Shown here in pieces: positions 33,601-45,600 of a stretch of 56,180 nt of DNA (position 1 is its first letter; each line of letters starts with the position of its first letter). The stretch lies in the NCBI GenBank assembly GCA_945897335.1, contig CAMDFP010000002.1, forward strand, positions 1 to 56,180, written 5' to 3'. Under the pieces are notes generated by a model. It saw only the letters and a list, made by a program, of their open reading frames with translations, was not told where the DNA came from and made no database searches. Source of the DNA: Asaia bogorensis (GTDB taxonomy: Bacteria > Pseudomonadota > Alphaproteobacteria > SHVZ01). A program made the translations under genes and the position numbers.

Positions 33601-36600
33601 AGCGGCCGCCGGACCGCGACCTCGCGCCAGACCGGCCGCAGCACGTGTAGCGCCGGCGCGTCGTCGCCGTCGAGCCGCGGACGCGCGCCGCGCAACGTCA
33701 GGCCGTCCATGCGCGCGACCAAGCTGCCGTCGCCATCGAGCAGGTCGATGACGACGACGAGACGCCCGGGCCCGGCGGCGGTGCGACGAGCATAAGCGAA
33801 GCGCGCCATCACCAGCGGGCGCCACACGTTGACGGACTCGACCGATGCCGGCCGCAAGCCTTCGCCGCCCTCGCCCACCAGCGTGAAGCAAAGCTGCATC
33901 GCGGCGTCGAGCACGCCGGGTGCCAGATCCTCGGTCGCCGCCTGCACCGCGCCGCCCAGCCGGCCGACCGCCTCGCCATCGCCGATATGCACGGTGTCGA
34001 GCAATGCATAGGACGGGCCGTAGTCGACGCCGGCCGCCGCCAGCAACGCGTATACGCGATCATGCGACAAGGCTGTCGGACAGCGGGCCATGAGGTCAGC
34101 AAGGTCGCTCGCCGCCGCCTCGCGCGGCGTCTCTGTCGCCAGCGTCAGCGTCGTCGCGTTGCCGAGGCGAAGCGTGCGGCCGGCGGGCGTGACGGTCTCG
34201 ACAACGGCGATCTTCGTGCCCTCCGCCGGCACGGGGACTGGCGCGGTCCAGGCGATGTCGGTCAGCCGGAACGGCGCCCGCGCGCCGGCATGCGCCGCTG
34301 CCCGGGCAAGCAGCAAGGCGCCGGCTGCCAGGAGAGTGCCTGCGACCCGATGGTCGGCCACCAGCGGATCATCGGAGCGAAGCACGATCGCGTCGACCTT
34401 CGCCGTCGCTTTGAAGGCGGGGTCCGGCCGCGTCGACAGCCAGCAGCGGCGGCGCTCGAAGGGATAGAGCGGCAACCCGGTCCGGGAGAAGCCGGCGGGG
34501 AAGAACCGCCGCCAGTCGACCGCAGCCCCGGTTACCCATGCCTCGATCGCGGCGTCGAGCCCCAGCGGCGGCGGCGCGTTGCGGCTGCCCGGGGTCGCTT
34601 CGCCACGATGCGTGCCGGCGTCAGCGCCCTCGGCAAAGGCCTTGAGGCGCGCCGCCGCCTGGGTGCGGTCCACGGCGACGAAACCGAGGCGGTGCCGCAT
34701 CGCTTCGCGGCCGAGCGCGAGCGTGCCGGCGATGTCGACCAGTGCCGGCCCATCCGCAGCGGCGAGATTTTCGGCGAGCCGGCCGGCCAGCGACCGCAGC
34801 GCAGCCACGCTCCGCGCCGAGAGCAGGAGGGGTTTGGGCTGGCCATCATCCCCGCTGGCCGCGACCGGCGGCGGCGCCTCGACGATCAGGTGGACATTGG
34901 CGCCGCCGGCACCGAACGAGCTGATCCCGGCCCGCAGTGCCTGTCCGTCGGGCACCGTCCACGTCTCGGCCTTCTGCACGACACGGAAGCCGCTGCCCTC
35001 GATGCCCATGTCCGGGTTCGGCACGGCACTGTGCAGGCTCGGGGCCAGGGTGCGATGGCGCATCTGCAGCACCACCTTGGTGAGCGCCACGATGCCGGCC
35101 GCCGACTCCAGATGCCCGACATTCGATTTGACCGAGCCGATCGGACAACCCGCCGCGCCGAAGGCGCGCCTGAGCCCGTTGATCTCGATCGGATCGCCGA
35201 GCGCCGTCCCGGTGCCATGCGCCTCGACATAGGAGATCGATCCGGGCGCAACGCCGGCCCGCGCCAGCGCGTCGACGATCAACTCGCCCTGGGCCACCGG
35301 GTTCGGAACGGTGAAGCCGCTGGTGCGCCCGCCATGATTGACGGCGCTGGCCCGGATCACGGCGTGAATGCGATCGCCATCGGCGCACGCCCGGGCGAGC
35401 GGCTTAAGCACCACCACGCCCGCCCCTTCGCCCGGCACATAGCCGTCGCCGCCCTCGCCGAAGCTGCGGCAGCGGCCGTCCGACGCCGAGAAGCCCGCCT
35501 TGCTCAACACCCAGTACTTCATCGGATGCAGGCTGAGATTGACGCCGCCGGCGATCGCCACCGTGCAGTCGCCGGCCCGCAACGCCTGCATCGCCATGTG
35601 CACGGCGGTGAGCGAGGCGGAGCACGCGGTGTCGACGGCGACGCTGGGCCCGCGGAAATCGAGGAAGTGCGACACGCGGTTGGCGGCGTTCCAATAGCCG
35701 GACGCGGTGATCGCGAGCTCGCCCCGGGCCCGCGCCTCGGCGGCGAAGAGCGGATAGTCGGAATGCATCAGGCCGACGAACACGCCGCCGGCGCGCCGCT
35801 CCGGCCGCACGTCGCCGGCGAACAGGCTGTGGCGGCCGTAGCCCGCATCCTCGAGCGCCCACCACGCCGCCTCGAGGAACTTCCGCGCCTGCGGGTCCAG
35901 GCTCTCGGCCTCGATCGGCGACATGTCGAAGAAGCGCGGATCGAACCGGTCGGCGCCGTCGATGAAGCCGCCCCATTTGGCGTGGCTGGTCGATGGATTG
36001 TCGCGATCGGGATCGTAGAACCCGGCGAGCCGCCAGCGCTCCTTGGGGATCTCCCGGATCAGATCGGTACCGTCGCGCAGCAGCCGCCAGAACGCCTCCA
36101 GGTCTTCCGCGCCGGGATAGATGCCGGCGATGCCGATGATGGCGATGGCGTCGTCAGCCGACACGGGCGGCGTCATGACCGTGACAGACGACCTCGCCGC
36201 CGGTGCCAGGGTAGCCGACGTCTCGGACGTCCCTGCACCGACCAGCCGCGCCAGCGCCTCGCCATGTTCGCGATCGAGATATCCGGCGACCTCGCGCGGC
36301 GTCCGGTACTCGAAGAACAGCGTCTTCGGCACAGCGCCGAGGTCGCGCTCGAACGCGGCGTTCAGGCGCGTGATCATCATCGAGTCGATGCCGTATTCCT
36401 CGAACGGGATCTCGGCCTCGATGCGATTGGCCGGCAGCCGCGCGACCTCGGCCAAAACGCGGGCGACGTAGTCGGCCGCCGAAACGGCACGGCGCGCACT
36501 TGGTGCTTCGGCACGAGCGGCCTCGGCGAGCCCGAGGCGGCGAAGCCCGGCGGCGACGTCGCCCACGCCATGCAGGACGACCTGCACAGGCCCCGTCTCG

Positions 36601-39600
36601 CTCACCGCCGCGTCCAACGCCGTGAAGGCAGCTCCGGCCGGCAGCGGCACGAAACCGGCCTCGCGTCGCAACAGGGCGACGAGGTCGGCCGGCACCGTCA
36701 TGCCGCCGTCCAGCCAGAGCGGCCAGGCGATGGTCAGAGTCCGGCCGCGGCGTCCACCCGCACCCGCGCGCCACGCCGCGAAACCGGCGAGGAAGCCGTT
36801 GGCGGCGGCGTAGTCGCCTTGCCCGAAGGTCGGAAACTCGGCCGCGGTCGAACCGAAGGTACAGAACAGATCCAGCGGGTCATCCCGGGTCAGCCGGTCG
36901 AGCGCCAGTGTGCCCGCGACCTTGGCCCGAAGCACGGCAGCAAGATCGCTTGAGGATTTCGTCGCCGCAATGCCGTCGCGCCGCGTACCGGCCAAGTGGA
37001 AGACGGCATGGATCGGACCGAGGGAGCGACGCACGCGATCGAGTCCAGCCTCAAGCGCGCGGGCATCGGCGACGTCGCCCTCGACCAGCATCACGCTGCC
37101 GGCCGCTTCCAGCGCGGCGAGCCGGGCAACCGCGGCCGCGGGGGGCGCCCCTCGCGACAGCAACGCGACCCGTGCGCGGTGATGGCGGATCAGGTGCTCG
37201 GCCAGCAGAAGGCCGATCCCACCGGTACCGCCACTGATCACGCAGGTGGCACCGTCGCGCAGCCCTGTTCCAGTCCCCTCGGGCGCCGCCGCCAGCGTAC
37301 GGACCTGACGCCTGCCGTCGAGGATGCGGACGTCGTCCGGCGCGTCACGAGCCTCGGGCAGCGCGGTGAGAATGACGTCGGGGCTCACCTCTCCTCCTTC
37401 GAGAGCGAGCGCACGGACCCACCAGCCGGGAGTCTCGGCCGCAACGCATCGGAGCAGAGCCGCAAGTGCCCGGTGCCTAGGTGCATCGGCCGGACCGGGA
37501 GACGCAACGAGGAAACGTACGGAGGTGACGCCGGCCAAGCCTCTGACCACGCCGAGCGTCAGATCGAGCGCCGGCTGCGGGTCGATCCGGTCGACCGCCG
37601 TGGCCAGGGGCAGCGTATCCAGCTCCGCCAGATCGGTGGCGGCGTCCAGCATGAGCACCACGTCGACCTGCCGCCGGCCGGCCACCGCCCCCGTCAGTCC
37701 GTCCAGATGATCGGCCGCCAGCAGGATTGCGTCTGGCGCCGCCGCCATCCATCGGCGTCTCGCCGCCTCGGCTGCGACGACGACGAGCGCCCGGTCCGAC
37801 ACGAGCGGCGCAGTGACCGGAGCGTCGGTCCACACAGGCACGAGGCGCCGCGTGGCGACGTCGGGCTCCGACGCGATGCCGGCCATGGCGCGCGCCACCA
37901 GACGCTCGAGGACGGCGACCGGGCTGCCATCCGCAGCCGCGAGCACGATGTCGAAGACCGCACCGTCGCGGTCGATCCGCTTGGCGCGTGCATGGACCCA
38001 GACCGGAGCAGAATCGGCGAACCAGCGCACCGCACCGAGCGCGACGGGCACGAACAGGCCGGCGGGCGCACCCGCCGCCGTTCCGATACCGGCCGCCGTC
38101 TGCATCGCTGCATCCAGCGTCGCCGCGCCGCGTGCCGACAGACCTGGGCGTGCAACAAATCGTGCCAGCGCCTCGCCGTCTCCCGACCACAGGCGGTCGA
38201 TCAGGCGGAACGCCGGGCCATAGGCGATGCCGCGCGCCGCAGCGGCCTCATACATCTCGGCACCTTCGACGACGCGGCCGAGACGCGCCTGCAAGGCCGC
38301 GACACTGAGGGTCGTCGGCGATGCGGACGATGTGGTCATGGCGAGGGTCGCGTGCTCGACTCCGGCATGCGTGAGCCGCAGCGTCGTCTCTCCGGCCTCG
38401 GGCTCTAGGCGCAGATCGAACGGGCCGGTGCCGGCGATCGGCCGAGTCCACATCAGGTCGGCAAGCCCGGCCGGGGGGCGGCCGTCGCGCCTCGCCAACG
38501 CTGCCGCCGCCAACTCGATCACCGCGGCCGCCGGCAGCATCGGCGCGCCGTCGACCTGGTGCTGGTGGAGCCGCCAGTCATCGGCGTCGACACGGATCGC
38601 CATGCCCGCATTGCTCGCGGGGGTCGAGACGACGACGGCGCGGCTCAGCGGATTCCAGTAGCGGGTGCCGTCGAACGGGTAGCCCGGCAGGCTGACGATC
38701 CGCCCCGGCCCGTCGAACAGGCGCTCGAATGGCACGGCGGCACCGGCCTCGTAAGCTGCCGCAAGGTCCATGAGGGTGCGCGCAGCAACGGCGCGCTCCA
38801 CGTCGATGGGCGCCGATGGCGACGCCGCACGGTGCCCTTTCAACGCAGCAGCAAGCGTGGCCGTATCGCCGGCGACCACAGCCAGACGGTGACGGTGATG
38901 AGTGCGCCTTACCGAAAGCATCCAGGCGATATCGTCGAGATCCCGCTCAGCCGCGCTTTCGAGGCGAACGGCGAGCGCCGCTGCGAGACGATCGAGCGAG
39001 GCGCGGCTCTTGGCGGAGAGCGGAAAGATCCAAGGCCCTGCCGCACGACCGGCCGCGGGTCGCGTCGGCGCCGCCTCCAGCACGATATGGGCGTTGGAGC
39101 CGCTGAAACCGAAGGAACTGACTACCGCCCGGCGCGGCACATCCGCCGGCCAGGACATCGTCTCGGTGGCAACGCGGAACGGGCTGCGGGCGAAGTCAAT
39201 GTGACGGTTCGGCGTCCTGAAGTTGAGTGTCGGCGGAATGACGGCGTGCTCGAGCGCCAGCACCGCCTTGAACAGCCCCGCCGTGCCGGCCGCCGCCATG
39301 GCGTGGCCGATGTTGGTCTTGACCGAGCCGATGGCGCAGAAGCCGGTCCGGTCGGTGAAGCGGCGGAAAGCATCGGTCAGCGCGTTGACCTCGATCGGAT
39401 CGCCGAGCCGCGTGCCGGTGCCATGCGCCTCGGCCAGGCGAATTGTCGAGGGATCGATGCCGGCACGCTGCCAGACCTCGATTTCGAGCGCGGTCTGCGA
39501 GGCCGCGCTGGGCGCGGTGATGCCGCTGGTGCGACCGTCCTGATTGATGCCGGTCGCCAGGATGACGGCGCGGATGCGGTCGCCGTCACGCTCGGCATCC

Positions 39601-42600
39601 TCCAGTCGCTTCAGCACGGCGACGCCGACGCCCTCGCCCGGCACGAAACCGTCGGCGCCGTCATCGAAGGTGCGGCAGACGCCGCTTGGGCTCGCCATGC
39701 CGGCATCCGACAGGTAGGCCAGGATGTCGTCGGACAGGAGGTTGATCGCAACGCCGCCCGCGACCGCGAGCTCGCACTCGCCGCTGGCGAGGCTGCGACA
39801 GGCGAGGTGCAGCGCCACAAGCGAAGAGGAGCAGCCGGTGTCGATCGGGAAGGTCGGTCCCTTCAGGTCGAGCAGATAGGCCAGGCGCGCCGACAGGATC
39901 GCCATCGAGCCGCCGAGCGTCTGCAGGCTGGGCGCGCCCGGCGCCACATAGCTGTTCGCCGAGGCGCCAACGAAGACACCGGTGCGGCTGGCGGCGAGGC
40001 GGGCCGGCACGATGCCGGCATCCTCCAGCGCCCGCCACGCCTCCTCCAGGAGGAGCCGCTGCTGCGGGTCCATGGTCTCGGCTTCGGCGGGGGTGATGTG
40101 AAAGAACAACGGATCGAAACGGTCGAAGTCATCGATCAATCCGGCCCAGCGCGCGTTGATCGGAATCGGCGTGCCGGTGCCGGGATCGTAGCTTGGGGGT
40201 ACCGGGAAGCGGTCGATCTCGCGGATCGACGCCCGGCCGGCGGCTATGTTGTCCCAGAACGTGTCCAGGTCCGGCGCCCCCGGAAACCGTCCGGCCATGC
40301 CGATGATGGCGATGCGCTGGCCGTGGACGGCGGATGCGGCACGCGGATGATCCTGGCCTATCGCCCTCACCTCGACATCATCTCGACGCTGGGCCGGCAC
40401 CGCGGGAGGCGGTGACATTTCCTCGCGCTTCACCGGAGCTGCCGGCGCCGGCAACAGTCCTGAGACATGGGCTGCGAGTGCTTCGATGGTGGCGTGGCTG
40501 AACAGGTCGGTCGACCGCAAGACAACGCCGAAACCATCGGCGATCTCGTCGGCGATCTGCGGCGAAATGATGGAGTCGACCCCGTACTCGGCGAAAGGCC
40601 GTTCCGGATCGATGTCGTCCGCGGCGATCTCCAGCGCGCGGGCGACGATGACGCGCAACCGCTCGGTCACACCGCCTGCTTCAGCTGCAGGGGTCGGTCG
40701 TGCCCGGGTCGCCGCCACCGGCCGCGGAGCCGCGCTCATCGCCGGCGCACCCGGCTTCGATGTCCCCGCCTTCAACGCAACAATCACCACCTGGCTGGCA
40801 TCGCTGCTGCCCGGAGCGAGCTCGGCCACGGGATCGAGGCCGGCGCGCCGGAGCGCGGCCCGCCAGCGTGCCTGGTCGAGCAGCGGGCCACCGGCGAGAC
40901 GTCTCGCCGGATCAGCCGCGCGCCACCAGCCGTCGAGCAGGCCGAAGGTGAGTGTGGCGAAGGCCTCGACGCGAACATTCTCATTGAGGACCAGCAACCC
41001 GCCCGGACGCAGCAGGGCAGCGGCATGACCCAGCGTCGCGTCGATCCCGGCCGTGGCATGCAGCACGTTCGAGGCGATGGCGACGTCGAAGGCGGCAGCG
41101 AGTCCCTGGGTCGCAGGATCGCGCTCGATGTCGAGCACGCCGTAGTCGAGCCAAGAGCGTTCGTAGTGCGCCCGGCCATGCTGAACGAAGCCGGCGGACA
41201 CGTCGGTGTAGAGATAGCGGGTCGGCGCCGGCGCATCCTCGCCGAGCCGGTCGAGGATGGCGGCCGTGGTGGCGCCGGTTCCGGCACCGATCTCGATCGC
41301 GGCCAGCCCCGGCCGCACGGCGGCTAGCGCCGCCACGGTCTCAGCGACGATGCGATTGGCCGCCTCTAGGCCGGGCTGGTCGCGGTAGATCGGCTCGACC
41401 CGCTCCATGCTGCCGCGCGGGAACAGGATATCGGTGGCCGGTACCTCGCCGCGCAGCACAGCCGGCAGCGCCGTGACGCAATGATCCAGCAGGTCGGCCG
41501 CCGCGCCGGCGCTCGAACCCAGCGCGCGCATCGTAGCGGCGAGCGACGGATCGAGAGGTGGTCGCGCCACCCAGTGCAGCTCGGCGCCCGCACGCCGGAA
41601 CGCGCCCGCATCGCCCAGCAGGTCGATCACGGCATGAGCCAAGCCGGACAACCGTGGCAATGTGGCGAGGCGCGCGGCGACGTCGGCCATGGGCTCGCGG
41701 CTGCCCGGCTGCCCTAGCATGCCCGTCTCCGCCAGCGCAGTCGTCAGCGAGGACAGCGCATGGCGTTCGACCAAGGCATGATGGGCCGGGTCGGTGGATC
41801 TCAGTCCGGCCGCCACCTCGGCTGCCGCCGCGATGGCTGCGGCCGCCGGTCCGGAGACCGCCGCCGCGCCCATCGCCCGCCAGACCTGCTCGGACAAGGC
41901 GGCGTGGACATACTGCCTGCCGCCATCGGCCAGCATCGCATCGAGCGCGGCGAGGCACGCGTCGGTCGGCATCGGGAATGTGCCCTCCGCCTTGACCTGG
42001 GCCAGGAGGTCGGCACGCCAGGACGGATCCGCCCACAGCCCCCAATGCACGACCAGCATCGGCGTTTCCGTGCCGTTGCCGCCGGTGACGATCGCATCCT
42101 CGAAAGCGCATTGCGCAGCGTAGGCGGACTGGCCCAAGGCACCCGGGAAGCCTGCGAAGGCGCCGATCGAGGAGAAGACGACGAGCCGCCCTGCTCCCGC
42201 CGCAACGACTGCGGCCCGCAACGCCACCAGCCCGGCGATTTTCGGTCGCAGCGAAGCCAGGAACTCCGCCGGGCGCACCGTCGAGGCGCGGCCGAACACC
42301 GGGTCGACGACAGCCTGCACCACGAGATCGACAGGCCCGCCCGCCGCTGCGAAGGCTGCATGGGCACCATCCGTCGTGGTCATATCGGCAACCACGCCGT
42401 CGGCGGCGACGCCGAGGCCGCGCAGCTCGTCCAGGAAGGCGGCGCGCGCGTCGTCGATCGGCTTGCGCCCAACCAGGATCACGTGGGCCCGCCAATTCAC
42501 CGCCGCATGGCGGGCGACCGCACGTCCGAGACGGCCGAAGCCGCCGGCGATCAGCACCCTGCGGACGGGCGCCGCAACGCCGGCCTGCCACGACGCCGGC

Positions 42601-45600
42601 TCGAGCCGGCGCTCGAAGCGACGGCTCGCGCGGATGGCGACGGGCTCACCGGTCCACGCACCGGGATCGGCCAGGAGTGCCGCGACGTCGATGTGGATAC
42701 TTTCATGTGTCGCCAGGTCGAACAGGCGCGCGCTCGCTCCCGGCACCTCGCGGCCGAACACCACCTTGGCCAAGCCGAGAACGGCAGCCTGGGCCGGATC
42801 GCCCTGCTGCTCCGACCCTTCGACCACGTAAGCTCCGCGCGACACGGCGATCATGTCGAGGTCGCAACCCGCGGGGTCGATTGCGCGGGCAAGGGCGAGG
42901 ATCAGCGTCGCACCGGCATCGACGGCGGACTGAACGACGGCCGGGTCTGTCCCGTCGGTCGTCCGGGACGGCAGCAACAGGAGGCGAACCGGGCCGACCG
43001 CCGCCGATACCCAGGCCGCCGCATCCGCGACGGCGTCGCTCGTGATCCGCGTGACCGGACCGGACCCGGACAGCGCGTCTGCCAAGCGGTCGGCGAGCTT
43101 ATCGCCCGCGGCCGCAACCATCAGCGTCGCCCGTGACTCGAGGGCGCCACGGGTCAAGGCTCCGGCCTCGGTCCAGTCAAGCTTCATGGTGCGTGGTGCG
43201 GGATCGGCTACCGGCGCCGGCGCCGCTACGGACGCCGTCATCTCGCGGAGCGTTAGACCAGTGAGCGACAGCAGCGGTGTGCCGGAAGACGACAGCACGT
43301 CGATGTCGACCGTGGTCTCGGCTCCGGACGCGGCGCGTCGGCGCACCAGCAGATGCATCGTGCCCAGTCCCGGCTCGCCGTGGCGGACGAGCGCAGCGAG
43401 CGACACCGGCATGCGCGGACGCAGCGCGGCGCCGTCACCGGCCCCCGCCACCGCGGCGGCGGCCTGAATGGCGGCATCCAGCAGCCTCAGCCGCGACGGC
43501 GCGCCGGCGCCGATCACCACCGTGCCGACCGCCCCCTCGCGACCGAGCGCCAGGCGATCGAAGCCGCGGTAGCACGGGCCGAGGAGAACGCCCGGCGCCG
43601 GCTCGGCGATGCCGCCGGTCACGATGGTCTCCGCCGCCGCCTGCATCGCCAGCACCGCCGCCATGTCAGGCGGCGAAGCAGGAGGGAGAGAGCGCGGCTG
43701 GAACGACGCGATCTCGCGACCATTGCCGTCGCTGACGGTGATCCGTCCATCGGCACCCGGCGATATGATCCTAAGGCTGGCACCGCCGTCCGGCACAGTG
43801 AACGGCCGCACCCATCGCACCGCGGCGAGCGCCGGCTGGTCGATGGCGTCCAGTGCCAGATGTAGCAGCGCGGCAGCGTGCAGGATCGCGACACCGCCGA
43901 TCCGGTGGTCGCCGATCATGGGATCGTCGGGCGAGAGCGCGATCACCGTCTCGTCGCCGGTGTCGGCGGCAAGCGCGACCGCCGGCCAGTGGCTGATCCG
44001 TTGAAGCGGCTGGTCCGGCAGGTCGACCGCGGCGAACGTGGACGCATCGGCCCAGGCATCGTCTTCGCCGGCCAAGTAGCGCGCCGCTGCATCGGCCAGC
44101 GGTCCGGGCTGCGGTGCCGGGGTAGCACCGCCGCTCGCCAGCGCGTCGAGACCCTTCAGCAACTCGGCTTGATCTCCGGCGACCAACGCAGCGCGACGAG
44201 AGAAGTGACTGCGTCCACGCGCCAGCGTCGCCGCGACATCGGGAAGCGGCACGGTGATGCCGTCACCGCGCAGCCAAGTCGCCAACCCACCCGCACGCGA
44301 CGCCAGCAGCGGATCGGTCTCGGCCGAAAGCACGAACAGCCATGGTCCCGTGTCGTTACTCGACGCGGCACTCGGCCGTCCCTCCTCGACCACGGCATGG
44401 GCGTTGGTGCCGGCAAGCCCGAACGAGCTGATGCCCACGCGCCTGACCCGCCCGGCCGACCGCGGCCAGGGCTGCGCGACGTCGGCCACCGCCAGCCCCT
44501 TGCCCGCGAGCTCGATGCGGGGGTTCAGCGCATGGAAGCCGGCAAGCGCCGGGATCTCTCCCTGGCGCAGCGAGGCCACGGCCTTGATCAGGCCGACCAG
44601 GCCGGCGGCTTCAGAGCTGTGTCCGAGATTGGCCTTGGCCGATCCCAGCCGCACCGGCTCCTCGCGCCGACGGTCTGCCAAGGCGGCGGCAAGGCCGGCG
44701 ATCTCCACCGGATCGCCTAGTGGCGTGCCCGTGCCATGCGCCTCGACCAGATCGATGCCGTCGGCATCGATGCCGGCGCGCTGCATGGCGAGCCGGATGA
44801 CCTCCGCCTGGGCCCGGCTGTTCGGCGCGGTGATGCCGTTCGAGCGGCCGTCCTGATTGGTGGCGGTCGCCAGCACCACCGCATCGATGCGGTCGCGATC
44901 GGCCAGGGCCTGGTCGAGCGGCTTCAGCAGGACCGCCGCGACCGCCTCGCCGATGGCGATGCCGTCGGCGGCGGCGTCGAACGTCGCGCAGCGGCCGGCC
45001 GGCGACAGCATGCCGGCACTCTTCATCAGGCCGAGCGCATCGGGATCGATGAACAGGCCTACACCGCCCACCAGGGCCATCTCGCAATCGCCGCGCGCGA
45101 TGCCCTGGCAGGCGAGGTCGAGCGCCACCAGCGACGACGAGCACGCCGTGTCAACCGTCAGCGCCGGACCGCGCAGGTCGAGGTGATAGGAGATGCGCGA
45201 GGCCAGCAGCGCCGTCAGGTTGCCGGTCATGCCCCAGGCATCGGCCGCCGCCCCCTCCGCCTCCAGCAGCTTCTCGTAGCCGGAGGGCGAGGCGCCGACA
45301 TAGACGCCGACCCGGCGGCCCGAAATGCGACGGACCGGATATCCGGCGTTCTCCAGTGCCAGCCACGCCTGCTCCAGGAACAGCCGCTGCTGCGGATCTG
45401 TGGCGCGCGCCTCGCGCGGCGACAGGCCGAACAGGCCGGCGTCGAACAGCGCGATGCCGTCGAGAAAACCGCCGACCACGCCGGCGCCGCGACCGCCGAC
45501 CAGCCGGCGGCGCTCGCGCGGCAAGGGCCCGACCAGAGAGCGGCCGGCGCGCACCGCAGCCCAGAACGCGGCGATCGAGCCGGCCGGCCCGAAGCGGCCG

